The notes under the pieces: model-generated
Seen by the model: the letters and a program-made list of their open reading frames with translations, nothing else
Databases searched by the model: none
What the model was told of the DNA's origin: nothing
Assembly: GCA_002269645.1 (NCBI GenBank)
Contig: NIVC01002033.1
Span: forward strand, 62,001-126,000
Length of the DNA stretch: 64,000 bases
Direction: 5' to 3'
Source of the DNA: Macrostomum lignano
Lineage: Eukaryota
Shown: positions 29,792 through 44,002 of the stretch, in pieces
Layout: every line of letters starts with the position of its first letter
Numbering within the stretch: position 1 is the first letter of the stretch
Made by a program: the position numbers and the translations under genes

Positions 29792-30965
29792 GTGAGAGGT
29801 CCTTATAGTTTTTCCTCAAATATTTAACCTTTTTAACCTTACTTTATGAACTTATCTTGACCCGGAAATATGAAACAATGCTATTGATAAGTTTGGTATA
29901 AGCTTTTGCATATAAGTTATAGAATTACGCTCGTAGTTATTATTGGATGAAGGAGCATTTTATAATTGATTGAAATTTATTATCATTCAATACAAAACAT
30001 TTTTAACTGTACCGCTGCCTCAGCTCAGTTGTTTTGCGTCAAATCTATGAAGTGAGTAGTATTTACCGGACATTGTCAATGCGTTTTTATATGCCCCCGC
30101 GTTTCAGGTTCATTTGTTCTCAAAGGCTCCGCAGCAAGCGTACGCAGCAAGCGATTAATTAAAAGTAATTTTTTGCAGAATTGTATGCAAGCAGAAATGT
30201 AGCACAAAATAACAACAAATTCGAAATGCACTACTAACAAACTATTAGCAGCAGTAGTTGTTGTGTCTATGAGCACGAATATCTGCCGTAACATTTTACT
30301 CATTACTTATGGGTAAAAATATTGGTCCATCACAATGTTGTCTACAATTTTGATTTTTTATTTTAACAGATTATCTGGAATTTTCTAGCTTACATTTCTA
30401 CTCAGCAGTAGTCTGTATAACATTTCCCTTCTGTCTGTTGGCAGTATTGATTTGATTAACCATCTATCAGAGCAAAATGTTGTTTATTGCTTTAATTCTT
30501 AATAACTCGGCTAACTGCTTTGCAAATGCTTTAAAATACAAATTTCCAGTATCGTGTTGGACAGTTAAAAGGTACGCCAACTCTGAATTAACTCAGCATT
30601 TCCTCAGTTTTCTACTAATCCTGTAAGTAGTATAAAGTGATTTTTCAATTGATTTACTTTGAACAGACAAAGCGACTGGAATTTCCAGTTGAACCTTGAA
30701 GCACTGCCGTTTTCTTGTTTATTTAAATTTGTATAAAATGAGTTCGGGCTATAGAGAAAAGTGTTCAATGTATGAAGCAACCATCACTTCGCCCCTTCAT
30801 TCCAGATGTCCACTCGGAACCAAATTTCCCCGTTTGATGAGGCTGAAAACGGCGAGAGCCCGTGACAAGAAAACTCTTCGCCGAGACTCCTTGAGACTGT
30901 TTTGCGCTCTGAGCGTCAGCTAGCATCTTTCGCACGTCTGCACCGGCTCCTGTGTCTGTCATGCA

Positions 30966-31257
30966 GCTCCTCTCTTCTCCCTCTCCTCTCTTCTCCCTCC
31001 TCTCCTCTCTTCTCCCTCCTCTCCTCTCTTCTCCCTCCTCTCCTCTCTTCTCCCTCCTCTCCTCTCTTCTCCCTCCTCTCCTCTCTTCTCCCTCTCCTCT
31101 CTTCTCCCTCCTCTCCTCTCTTCTCCCTCCTCTCCTCTCTTCTCCCTCCTCTCCTCTCTTCTCCCTCCTCTCCTCTCTTCTCCCTCCTCTCCTCTCTTCT
31201 CCTCTCTCGTCTCTCCCCTCCCCTCCCCTATCCCCTCCCCTTCTCTCCCCTCACCTC
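30966..31257. repeat. Polypyrimidine minisatellite
   Basis: Repeating CTCCTCTCTTCTCCCT. Confidence 0.9.
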
Positions 31258-31807
31258 AGCACAATGCTTGTTAGCATAGCCAATACGTAATATAGTTCGT
31301 ACTTACGAGCGTATCCGTGGCATCAAAAATGAACTTAAACAAAAGCTTCTGTGCACGAGTTCATGACTACTAATATATTTATATGGTATAAAGTAATGAT
31401 TTGATTAAGAAATATATTTTATTTGAAATGCTTTACAAGCACACCGTATTCAGCTGTTAAAAAATGAACGCAAAAAGCAACGTGTTGCTTAATTTTGGTT
31501 GCATCTGAAATATCATATTTGGTTCATAGCGCCGGCTTGCTATTATTGTAGTTTAAATTTTTTTCAGTTTCCATGGCAACTTTAGAAAATCCTACAAAAA
31601 TTGCATATATTAATGTCCAGTGTTTGGATTGACAGCAGAGACTACTACTCAAACACCGGGACGTGAAACTAGGCAAAACATGGTGTTTGAGTAGTCCATG
31701 ATTGACAGCTGAACTCGCACTCAAGCTCAAGATGCTGCGATTTAGAAAAACGAAAAGGCAATGAGTATTTGCATCTGTCTGTCGTTCTACTCCCCTCTCT
31801 CAGTTTT

Positions 31808-33560
31808 CTCGATGCCACTCTCAATGCCACTAAATTTCACTCTCAATGCCACTCTCAATGCCACTCTCAATGCCACTCTCAATGCCACTCTCAATGCCAC
31901 TCTCAATGCCCCTCTCGATGCCACTCTCAATGCCACTGAATTTCACTCTCAATGCCACTTTCAATGCCACTCTCAATGCCCCTCTCGATGCCACTCTCAA
32001 TGCCACTCTCAATGCCACTCTCAATGCCACTCTCAATGCCCCTCTCGATGCCCCTCTCGATGCCACTCTCAATGCCACTCTCAATGCCACTCTCAATGCC
32101 ACTCTCAATGCCCCTCTCGATGCCACTCTCAATGCCACTCTCAATGCCACTCTCAATGCCACTCTCAATGCCCCTCTCGATGCCACTCTCAATGCCACTG
32201 AATTTCACTCTCAATGCCACTCTCAATGCCACTCTCAATGCCCCTCTCGATGCCACTCTCAATGCCACTAAATTTCACTCTCAATGCCACTCTCAATGCC
32301 ACTCTCAATGCCACTAAATTTCACTCTCAATGCCACTCTCAATGCCACTCTCAATGCCACTCTCAATGCCACTCTCAATGCCACTCTCAATGCCACTCTC
32401 AATGCCACTCTCAATGCCACTAAATTTCACTCTCAATGCCACTCTCAATGCCCCTCTCAATGTCACTCTCAATTTCACTAAATTTAACTCTTAATGACAT
32501 TCTCAATGTCTCTCTCAATGTCACTAAATTTCACTCTCAATGCCACTCTCAATGTCTCTCTCAGTGTCACTAAATTTAACTCTCAATGTCACTCTCAATG
32601 TCACTCTCAATGTCACTCTCAATGTCACTTTTAATAACACTCTCAATGACACTCTCAATGTCACTATCAATGTCACTCTCAATGTCACTCTCAATTTCAC
32701 TCTCAATGCCACTCTCAATGCCACTCTCAATGTCACTCTCAATGTCACTAAATTTCACTCTCAATGCCACTCTCAATGCCCCTCTCAATATCACTCTCAA
32801 TGTCACTAAATTTCACTCTCAATGCCACTCTCAATGTCTCTCTCAATGTCACTAAATTTCACTCTCAATGCCACTCTCAATGTCACTTTCAATGTCACTA
32901 AATTTCACTCTCAATGCCACTCTCAATGCCCCTCTCAATTTCACTCTCAATGTCACTAAATTTCACTCTCAATGCCACTCTCAATGTCTCTCTCAATGTC
33001 ACTAAATTTAACTCTCAATGCCACTCTCAATGTCTCTCTCAGTGTCACTAAATTTCACTCTCAATGCCACTCTCAATGTCTCTCTCAGTGTCACTAAATT
33101 TAACTCTCAATGACACTCTTAATGACACTCTTAATGTCAGTCTCAATGTCACTTTTAATTTCAATCTCAATTTCACTCTCAATGTCACTCTCAATGTCAC
33201 TTTTAATAACACTCTCAATGACACTCTCAATGTCACTATCAATGTCACTCTCAATGTCACTCTCAATTTCACTCTCAATGTCACTCTCAATGTCACTCTC
33301 AATGTCACTTTTAATGTCCCTCGCAATGTCACTCTCAATGTCACTTTTAATGTCCCTCTCAATGTCACTCTCAATGTCACTCTCAATGTCACTTTTAATG
33401 TCCCTCGCAATGTCACTCTCAATGCCACTCTCAATTCACTTACAAAGTCAGTCGCAATGTCACGCTCACCCTCATTCTGAATCTCACTCTAAGTGTCAAT
33501 TTTAATTTTACTCTTAATGTCACTTTCAATGTCACTCTCAGTTTCACTCTCAATGTCATG
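31808..33560. repeat. 12-bp minisatellite
   Basis: Unit TGCCACTCTCAA, drifting to TGTCACTCTCAA towards the 3' end. Confidence 0.95.
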
Positions 33561-33991
33561 CTCTCATGACTCGTGCTCCCCGCGAGTCCTGATCCCCTGA
33601 TTCCCGACCCTCTAGGTCGAAATTCCACGGCGTGCTGCAAACTGAAGCCCAAAGCTCGGTATAATAAACATTCTGAAAGCCGTTGGACCTCAGCTGTGCA
33701 CTCAAGATCACAAGCACCTGAGCCAAAACTTTCCCGAGGCTCACGGGCCCGCTTCAGGGTAGGCGCACTGCCTTAATTAAATATTAATTACAGAAACTAG
33801 CCTAAGCAAAAATTTGTGCTAGCAAGAATGTAAAAAACTTCAGGTGGTAACTGAGCACACATACCAGGATGAAGCTGTGATGCTGAGAAAACAAACTTGA
33901 CCGACTTAGCATTTCTACCTTGAAATGGTTCCTCAGGATTCTGTCCCATAACTTTAGATTTAATCTGAATTTAGAAATATAACACTATTTA

Positions 33992-35622
33992 TCCTCTCAA
34001 TCCCATCCTCCAAATCCCATCCTTTCAATCCCATCCTTTCAATCTCATCCTTTCAATCTCATCCTTTCAATCCCATCCTCTAAATCCCATCCTTTCAATC
34101 CCATCCTTTCAATCCCATCCTCTCAATCCCATCCTCTCGATCCCATCCTCTCGATCCCATCCTCTCAATCCCATCCTCTCAATCCCATCCTCTCAATCCC
34201 ATCCTCTCAATCCCATCCTCTCGATCCCATCCTCTCAATCCCATCCTCTCGATCCCATCCTCTCAATCCCATCCTTTCAATCCCATCCTCTCAATCCCAT
34301 CCTCTCAATCCCATCCTCTCAATCCCATCCTCTCGATCCCATCCTCTCAATCCCATCCTCTCAATCCCATTCTCTCAAACCCATCCTCTCAATCCCATCC
34401 TCTCGATCCCATCCTCTCGATCCCATCCTCTCAATCCCATTCTCTTGATCCCATCCTCTCAATCCCATCCTCTCGATCCCATCCTCTCAATCCCATCCTC
34501 TCAATCCCATCCTCTCGATCCCATCCTCTCAATCCCATCCTCTCAATCCCATCCTCTCAATCCCATCCTCTCGATCCCATCCTCTCAATCCCATCCTCTC
34601 AATTCCATCCTCTCGATCCCATCCTCTCGATCCCATCCTCTCAATCCCATCCTCTCGATCCCATCCTCTCGATCCCATCCTCTCAATTCCATCCTCTCAA
34701 TTCCATCCTCTCAATCCCATCCTCTCAATCCCATCCTCTCAATCCCATCCTCTCAATCCCATTCTCTCGATCCCATCCTCTCAATCCCATCCTCTCAATC
34801 CCATTCTCTCAATCCCATCCTCTCAATCCCATCCTCTCGATCCCATCCTCTCGATCCCATCCTCTCAATCCCATCCTCTCAATCCCATCCTCTCAATCCC
34901 ATCCTCTCGATCCCATCCTCTCAATCCCATCCTCTCAATCCCATCCTCTCAATCCCATCCTCTCAATCCCATCCTCTCAATCCCATCCTCTCAATCCCAT
35001 CCTCTCAATCCCATCCTCTCAATTCCATCCTCTCAATCCCATCCTCTCAATCCCATCCTCTCAATCCCATCCTCTCAATCCCATCCTCTCAATCCCATCC
35101 TCTCAATCCCATCCTCTCAATCCCATCCTCTCGATCCCATCCTCTCAATCCCATCCTCTCGATCCCATCCTCTCAATCCCATTCTCTCAATCCCATACTC
35201 TCAATCCCATCCTCTCGATCCCATCCTCTCGATCCCATCCTCTCAATTCCATCCTCTTAATCTCATCCTCTCAATCCCATCCTCTCAATCCCATCCTCTC
35301 AATCCCATCCTCTCAATCCCATCCTCTCGATCCCATCCTCTCAATCCCATCCTCTCGATCCTATCCTCTCAATCCCATTCTCTCAATCCCATCCTCTCAA
35401 TCCCATCCTCTCGATCCCATCCTCTCGATCCCATCCTCTCAATTCCATCCTCTTAATCTCATCCTCTCAATCCCATCCTCTCAATCCCATCCTCTCAATC
35501 CCATCCTCTCAATCCCATCCTCTCAATTCCATCCTCTTAATCCCATCCTCTCAATCCCATCCTCTCAATCCCATCCTCTCAATCCCATCCTCTCAATCCC
35601 ATCCTCTTAATCTCATCCAATC
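33992..35622. repeat. 14-bp minisatellite
   Basis: Unit TCCCATCCTCTC(A/G)A. Confidence 0.95.
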
Positions 35623-35965
35623 CCAGGTTTACCATCTCCAAATTTTCTGGTACACAGTTGTAGTAAAGGAGAGTTTTGCCTCGAAACTATTACAAAATTC
35701 GATTTTTACTATGTATTACTTATTTCCATTTTATTCATGTTTCTGCTGCCTTTTCTGCACCTTTATTTCAGCGCAGAAAAAGGCGCTTACTCTAACGGCA
35801 TCATAACTTGCTTTTAGGCCTTCCAATTATCTAGTGAGCCTTCAGCTGCCATTCTTTCGACCAATATTTTTTGCCGGCTTATAATATTCGATGGCGGGAC
35901 GGGATGTGAGACTTCGTTTCTGAGCAATTCTTGAAAGCTGGCTTTTCGCGTAATTATAAACTCGC

Positions 35966-36685
35966 ATTCTGAGTCCCACCTTCTGAGTCCCAACCATTCA
36001 GTCCCACCCTCTGAGACACACACTCTGAGTCTTAACTTCTGAGTCCCAAACTCCGAGTCCCAAAATCTGAGTCTCAAACTCTGAGTCACACCCTCTGAGT
36101 CACACCCTCTGAGTCACACCCTCTGAGTCACACCCTCTGAGTCACACCCTCTGAGTCACACCCTCTGAGTCACACCCTCTGAGTCATATCCTCTGAGTCA
36201 TATCCTCTGAGTCACACCCTCTGAGTCACAACCTCTGAGTCATATCCTCTGAGTCACACCCTCTGAGTCACACCCTCTGAGTAACAATCTCTGAGTCACA
36301 CCCTCTGAGTCACTACCTCTGAGTCATATCCTCTGAGTCACACCCTCTGAGTCACACCCTCTGAGTAACAACCTCTGAGTCACACCCTCTGAGTCACAAC
36401 CTCTGAGTCATATCCTCTGAGTCACACCCTCTGAGTCACACCCTCTGAGTAACAATCTCTGAGTCACACCCTCTGAGTCACTACCTCTGAGTCATATCCT
36501 CTGAGTCACACCCTCTGAGTCACACCCTCTGAGTAACAACCTCTGAGTCACACCCTCTGAGTCACAACCTCTGAGTCATATCCTCTGAGTCACTACCTCT
36601 GAGTCATATCCTCTGAGTCACACCCTCTGAGTCACTACCTCTGAGTCATATCCTCTGAGTCACACCCTCTGAGTCACAACCTCTC
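35966..36685. repeat. 14-bp minisatellite
   Basis: Unit CCTCTGAGTCACAC. Confidence 0.93.
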
Positions 36686-36998
36686 TGAAACACACCGCCC
36701 ACATCTAAGTCAACCCACACTCTAGCAAATTAACAGAGCGAGTCTTCTCCATGCCCCCATGACCCACCAGTGTTACGAGGCGTCTGAAGTTTCTCAGAAA
36801 ATGAGAATCTGGGGGAGAAAAGAAGGCAAAGCCGCCTCATTGGCTTGGAGCTCATCCAAATTAAACATTAACTGTTGCCTCAAAAGACGGAAAATTCCCA
36901 CAAAAATTGCGTTTAAAATTCTGTTGTTAAGAAAGCAGCGAAAGTACTAATTTTGCAAGAGTTTAGCAATACAAGGTCGAAATTTGAAATTGTCGACT

Positions 36999-39900
36999 AT
37001 GGAAGGAAACGTTGACAAAGGAAATCTGAGTAGTCTGCAGGTTGTACTGCTCTGCATTGCTGGTAGGTTTTTAACTTCCCATAAATCCCTTACCGACAAT
37101 CCCATACCGACAATCCCGTACCGACGAATATACCACACCGACAATCCCATACCGACAATCCCGTACCGACGAATATACCACACCGACAATCCCATACCGA
37201 CAATCCTATATCGACAATCCCATACCGATAATACCGTACCGACAAATATACCACACCGACAATCCCATACCGACAATCCCATATCGACAATCCCATACCG
37301 ATAATACCGTACCGACAAATATACCACACCGACAATCCCATACCGACAATCCCATATCGACAATCCCATACCAATAATACCGTACCGACAAATATACCAC
37401 ACCGACAATCCCATACCGGCAATCCCATATCGACAATCCCATACCGACAATCCCATATCGAGAATCCCATACCGACAATCCCATACCGACAATCCCATAC
37501 CGACAATCCCGTACCGACAAATATACCACACCGACAATCCCATACCGACAATCCCATATCGACAATCCCATACCAATAATACCGTACCGACAAATATACC
37601 ACACCGACAATCCCATACCGGCAATCCCATATCGACAATCCCATACCGACAATCCCATATCGAGAATCCCATACCGACAATCCCATACCGACAATCCCAT
37701 ACCGACAATCCCGTACCGACGAATATACCACACCGACAATCCCATACCGACAATCCCGTACCGACGAATATACCACACCGACAATCCCATACCGACAATC
37801 CCATATCGACAATCCCATACCGATAATACCGTACCGACAAATATACCACACCGACAATCCCATACCGACAATCCCATACCGACAAACACAACACCGACTA
37901 TCCCATACCGACAAACACAACACCGAAAATCACATACCGACAAACACAACACCGACTATCCCATACCAGCAATCCCATATTGACAATCCTATACCGACAA
38001 TCCCATATCGACAATCCCATACCGATAATACCGTACCGACAAATATACCACACCGACAATCCCATACCGACAATCCCATATCGACAATCCCATACCAATA
38101 ATACCGTACCGACAAATATACCACACCGACAATCCCATACCGGCAATCCCATACCCACAATCCCATACCGACAATCCCATACCGACAATCCCATACCGAC
38201 AATCTCACACCGACAATCCCACACCGACAATCCCGTACCGACAAACACAACACCGACAATCCCATACCGACAAACACAACACCGACTATCCCATACCGAC
38301 AAACACAACACCGAAAATCACATACCGACAAACACAACACCGACTATCCCATACCAGCAATCCCATATTGACAATCCTATACCGACAATCCCATACCGAC
38401 AATCCCATACCGACAATCCCATACCGACAATCCTATACCGACAATCCCATTAAATCGAATTTAAGCAGCTCTGCTGCCGTCGTGCTCGGCCACCGGGACG
38501 ATCAGCGACCGCTCTTACAGCGAGTGGTCTGGCCCACTCCGCCTGAACGACTCCGTCAGCAGCCAGGGGGTGAACGCGTCCACTGCTGACGGTCTTCGCT
38601 CCGAGTTCGAGTGTCTCAACGCCTGCACCCGAGAAGACGGCTGCGCTGCGGCGCGCACTCAATGCCGACGTCTCTGGGCGGGTTTGCCTGTCAGCTGGTG
38701 CTGGTCAACGACACCTCGAAGGCTCCTGGGCCGTCCGGTTCTCACGCTGACCGGCTGGTGCACGCGGGCCGCGGCTGGAAGCTGTGGGTGCGCGACGATC
38801 TTGACGAACTGCTGCGACTGCGTCGGTTCGCCAACGGCACCTTCGAGTTCCGCGGTGAGTCTGGGGGTTGCTGCACATTTTAGTCCGCTAATCCTGGGGA
38901 TCACGACTTCATCAATTCATCTTCCAGCCTCCAGCACAGGTCGGAACGGCTCCATCCAGCAGGCCGTCATCAACGTGACCGGCTGCTACCGCATCGAGGC
39001 CGCGGGTGCAGCTGGCGGAGCCAACAGCTTCAAAGGCCAAGCCAGCGGCAGGGGGGCTCTGGTGGCCGGCAGCTTCAACCTGACTGCCGGCACGCGGCTG
39101 TCCATCGTGGTCGGTCAGGCCGGCGGCCCGCCAACTTCCGCTGAAGCGGGAGCCGGAGGCGGCGGTGGCAGCTTCGTGTACCGGACTGAGGGCGAACAGC
39201 AGCTGCTGCTGTCTGCTGGAGGCGGCGGAGGCGCTTCACAATGGGCTGCAGGTGGGGAATTGGGATTCTACTCCATAATAGTAATACAATACCTTAGTAA
39301 TAATAATTGATTACACCTGCCCTAATGGGCAGATGTGCAACCGACAGTTGACAACGGCTGTTCAGTCCAAGTACTGGGGGGTCGCCACTCACAGCCTCAG
39401 TTACCCCAGCTAATGCTGGCACCCATTTTACAGCTGGGTGAACTGAAGCAATGCAGAGTTAGGTGTCTTGCTCAAGGACTCAAATTGATCCATTGGGATC
39501 GGGAATCGAACCCCCGACCTTGAAGTCGTGAGTCCGGCACTCTAACACCACTAGGCTACAACCCATCAATAAAAAATATAAGAAATCCATGATGGCGCTG
39601 AACTGCAAGGTGGTGGCGTCAAGGAGTCGGTCACAATTTCACTCTACTCTCTTCATTTGGAGCCAAAAATCTCCCGTCATGCCGAAAACCCGACCACTTT
39701 AGCATTTGGGTATCTCTATGGGGAGAAATGGTTGTGAAGGAGCTTAGCACTTCACTTTTAAGAAGGCTCCATTCTTAAGTTAAGAGACCCATAGAGATCC
39801 CCAAATGCTAAAGTGGTCGGATTTTCGGCATAACGGGGGAGCTTTTTGGTTCCAAAAAAGGGATTGGCGTAGTGTTAATATTTGGCCTCCATTTCGAATC

Positions 39901-40560
39901 CTAAGTTCACATCCTCTTTTCCAAGACGTCTAGTTTCCGTCCTTCTACTTTCGGTAGTCCTTGGATGGGGTTTGGCCCATAGAGGCTTAGGAATGTACAG
40001 GTTAAGAGTTGGACAGGATTTGAGGTTCGCATTAGAGGTTAGGCAGCTCCCAGAACTTTCAACACCCAACCCCCAAAGGCCGTCCTGGACTCTCTGGTGC
40101 GAACGGCGGCGACTCCTATGGCCAAAACCCGGACAACAAGGGCCTCGGTGGCAGCGGCGGTCAGCCCGGCAACAGCGGCACGGGGAGCAGCTCCAGCTTT
40201 AACGGCGGCTGCGGCGCCGGCTGGCTGGGCCGGGCGCCAAAGCGCCTCAACGCCGGCTACGGAGACTCCGGCGGCGACCGCAGCGTCGGCTTTGTCGGCG
40301 GCGCGGCTGGCAGCGGCGGCGATGGCGGCGACGGCGGCTTCGGCGGCGGTGGCGGCGGCGGCAGCTCGGCCGGAGCTGCTGGCGCCGGCGGCGGCTTCAG
40401 CGGCGGAGGCGCCGGCGTCGGCGGAAAGCACGCTGGAGGCGGCGGCGGCTCCTTCTGCGGCGGAGGCGCCGGCTGCAGCGGCTCCGATGGCGACAACTCG
40501 GCCTCCGAGCAGGGCCGGGTGGAGCTGCGGCTGCTGGCTGCTGCTCAGGCCTCTTGCTGA
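36999..40560 (+). CDS. Secreted protein: signal peptide, PAN/apple-like Cys domain and ALK/LTK-type glycine-rich domain; contains an apparent frameshift near 38650-38670
   Basis: Exons 36999-37062, 38469-38854, 38928(or 38940)-39251 and 40079-40560, all phase-1 GT-AG junctions. Signal peptide MEGNVDKGNLSSLQVVLLCIA|ALLPSCSA. PAN-like ECLNACTREDGC...FACQLV. GRD motifs YRIEAAGAAGG, GRGALVAGSFNL, IVVGQAGG, GGGGGSFVY, LLLSAGGGGGA, GGGCGAGW, GGFGGGGGG, GGGFSGG and GGGGGSF...GRVEL. Confidence 0.8.
37090..38450. repeat. 14-bp-based minisatellite filling intron 1 of the glycine-rich gene
   Basis: Unit CCGACAATCCCATA with composite variants. Confidence 0.95.
39297..39564 (-). mobile_element. tRNA-derived SINE (copy 2, more complete)
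   Basis: Reverse complement begins GGGTTGTAGCCTAGTGGTGTTAGAGTGCCGGACTCACGACTTCAAGGTCGGGGGTTCGATTCCC (A and B boxes), has the same body and 3' end as copy 1, and ends in a (TTA)n tail. Confidence 0.88.
39657..39854. mobile_element. MITE with about 65-bp terminal inverted repeats
   Basis: Left arm TTGGAGCCAAAAATCTCCCGTCATGCCGAAAACCCGACCACTTTAGCATTTGGGTATCTCTATGGG; right arm CCCATAGAGATCCCCAAATGCTAAAGTGGTCGGATTTTCGGCATAACGGGGGAGCTTTTTGGTTCCAA. Outer boundaries and TSD are uncertain. Confidence 0.8.
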
Positions 40561-40561
40561 G

Positions 40562-40940
40562 CCCTCTAAACCCCTCTAAACCCTCTAAACCCCATCCTCC
40601 GAATCCCAACCTTGGCCCAATCCCACTATTCAAATCCCACCCTCCCAATCCCACCCTCCCAGTCCCACCCTCCCAATCCCACCCTCCAAATCTCACCCTC
40701 CCAGTCCCATCCTCCAAATCCCACCCTCCCAATTCCACCCTCCAAATACCACCCTCCCAGTCCCATCCTCCAAATCCCACCCTCCAAATCCCTCCTCAAA
40801 ATCCCCTCCTCCAAATCCCACCCTCCAAATCCCATCCTCCGAATCCCACCCTCCAAATCCCTCCTCAAAATCCCCTCCTCCAAATCCCACCCTCCAAATC
40901 CCATCCTCCAAATCCTATCCTACCATTCCCACCCTCTCTC
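40562..40940. repeat. About 14-bp C-rich minisatellite immediately after the stop codon
   Basis: Units CCCTCCAAATCCCA. Confidence 0.88.
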
Positions 40941-41512
40941 GGGCCACTTACACGATACACCCACTATGGTGAAATTTGAAGCTGCTATCTCTCGACTGTG
41001 TGTAGAGCTACGAGCGCTGTCGCTAATGAAACTGACTAGACGAGACGGATGCTGACGTAAAGTTGAAGTTTTTTAATGCTGAAACTTGGCAAATACATTG
41101 CTGCTTCGGCATTGTGGGCACATTGTCTCCCCGGAAAAAAGTTGGCGAATGCCAAAAGAACTTCTCTATGCAAAAACGTCTCGCTAGTTACAATGGATGC
41201 TTAATGAACAATGGAAAACTGGTTGGCTATTGTTCCGGCTTTGGTGGCTAACAAGCCGTCTAATTAACTCGTCGGCATACCATTGAACTATAACACTGCA
41301 CTTCACTTTAGGTTGTTTAAACGAGACAAGAACAATTTTTGCTCATGAACTAATTTTCCGCTGTGCCTACTGTTAGTACTATACTTACCGTCGAAAGTTC
41401 CTTGATCGCTTTCGGTCCTTTTGGAATTAAAATTGCTACACATGTACGCTGAAGCTTGCAGTTCCTTAGTGTGGTAGTAAAAAAAATTGTTAGAGCAAAG
41501 TGCGTGCAATCG

Positions 41513-41860
<348 letters not shown>

Positions 41861-42557
41861 GCAGTGGCACATTTGAGCTGACTATTGGCTGAGATTTGGA
41901 GCCTTTAACTAGCGGTATCAAGTATCTTTATTCGGTACAATTCCTGGTGAAAAATCTTGGAAAAAAGGGAAATCCATCTGAGTTCAGCCCGAGTGGAATG
42001 CTTTGGAATTTATTTAATTCTGACTTACGCACTTATTAATATAATGAGCGCAAGGCCCGACCCGCAATTCAAGATGATCTCAGGTGTGGCAGCTAACGAC
42101 ACAAGCCGCATTGCTAGATTGTCAAGGTGACTAACCTAAGCCATTTTTGCTTAACCTGAAAGTTCCACTGCATGGGTTGTGAAAAGTGCACAGAATGTGA
42201 AGTAATTATTGAGTTATATTAAGTATTAATTTAACTTTTATCTGCCAGAACTGGCTGAAAGGGCCTTCTGTCTGTTTCACTATTTTCTACGGTTTTCAAA
42301 TCCACTTGCACTTTACCAGAGGCCAGATTGAAAAGAAATTCGAATCTCTCTCAAGCGCTTTCGGCACAATGAGCTAGTTCTCTTTCCAATTCATCAAATG
42401 GGATTCATGGGGGTTTAGCTTATCTATAAAATTCCTGCTTGAAGAATTCTTTGCTCTGTCCAACGCGTTCTTTTAACACTAAATCGACCATTTGTTGTCG
42501 CTTGAATTAACTTTAAATATTTTTTAAACGGTACCTCCGTCTGTGTGGGGTTACCGG

Positions 42558-43228
42558 TCTCCCACGGAGACCCTAAGTACCATGAGGTCTCCCATCGGGG
42601 ACCCAAAGTGCCGTGAGATCTCTTCTCAGAGACCCAAAGTGCCGTGAGGTCTCCTCTCAGAGACCCAAAGTGCCGTGAGGTCTCCTCTCAGAGACCCAAA
42701 GTGCTATGAGGTCTCTTCTCAGAGACCCAAAGTGCCGTGAGGTCTCCTCTCAGAGACCCAAAGTGCCGTGAGGTCTCCTCTCAGAGACCCAAAGTGCAGT
42801 GAGGTCTCCTCTCAGAGACCCAAAGTGCCATGAGGTCTCCTCTCAGAGACCCTAAGTGCCGTGAGGTCTCCTCTCAGAGACCAAAAGTGCCATGAGGTCT
42901 CCTCTCAGAGACCCAAAGTGCCGTGAGGTCTCCTCTCAGAGACCCAAAGTGCCATGAGGTCTCCTCTCAGAGACCCTAAGTGCCGTGAGGTCTCCCAAAG
43001 ACCCAAAGTGCCATGAGGTCTCCTCTCAGAGACCTTAAGTGCCGTGAGGTCTCCTCTCAGAGACCCAAAGTGCCATGAGGTCTCCTCTCAGAGACCCAAA
43101 GTGCCATGAGGTCTCCTCTCAGAGACCCAAAGTGCCGTGAGGTCTCCCAAAGACCCAAAGTGCCGTGAGGTCTCCTCTCAGAGACCCAAAGTGCCGTGAG
43201 GTCTCCCAAAGAGACCCAAAGTGCCATG
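42558..43228. repeat. 31-bp minisatellite
   Basis: Unit GAGACCCAAAGTGCC(G/A)TGAGGTCTCCTCTCA, with internal GAGACC/GGTCTC dyad. Confidence 0.93.
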
Positions 43229-44002
43229 ATTTTTACCCCCGGAAACTTCAACGCGCTTTGGGGTCCTCCTAGCTTCTAAAAGTAAACAGAGGTTTGCTTG
43301 AGAATCTTCGGCTACCGAGCTCCGTGCACACAATGAAATATATAAGGACTGAAAAATACAGACATGTCTTTCTTTGATTCGAAAAAGTTCACACTGATGC
43401 AAAACAAGAACCTTGACCTATTTCTCAACCAAAAAAATGATACCTGCGCAGACCGTTAGGCAGCGATGTTGTGCCTTGCGATCTCTGGGGCGAAGACCCT
43501 TAACGGGGGGAGATCGGTAACCCTAACACACACCGGTTCGTTAGCGTGTTGTTGAGCGTATACAAACGACTGACTGAAAATTGGCGCAAACGATTCAACC
43601 TCTCTCCCAACACTTGGCATCAGAATTGTGTTGTTCATTTTTCTCAACCCCTCAATCTTGTCCTCTCCTGCAGCATCCATCCGCTTCTCCTGCCAGCGAT
43701 GGGGGAGGCAGAGACGAGGAAGGAATAAGAAGGGCCTGTAATGGAAGTGAGGATAAAGAGAGAGGGGGGGAACGAAAAAGCTGATTTAGCGAGTGCCATT
43801 AACTGGAGCCCTGCTACGCTTATTCAGTCAGTAAATTTGACCTTAGACACTGGGAGGCAGACTACACGGACTGCCCAGCTGTTTCTGACAAATCCAGAGA
43901 GACGCCTTCTGTTCAAGAGACAAGAAAAGATTCTGTTCTCACAGGTTAAGCAAGAAATTTCCAATCAATAAAATAATTAAGCAAGTGGCTGCTATTCACC
44001 AA

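Noticed and set aside
33573-33776. Alternative last exon for the ion channel (CTCTAG|GTCGAAATT...)
   Set aside because: Cannot be distinguished from the 31636 candidate without transcripts; neither was annotated as a feature.
39500-39564. Possible tRNA gene
   Set aside because: It is the head of a SINE: it continues into a body shared with 10806-11042, and the anticodon and acceptor stems pair poorly.
40039-40579. Ala-rich ORFs 40097-40579 (+) and 40039-40496 (-)
   Set aside because: Shadow frames of the poly-Gly exon 40079-40560.
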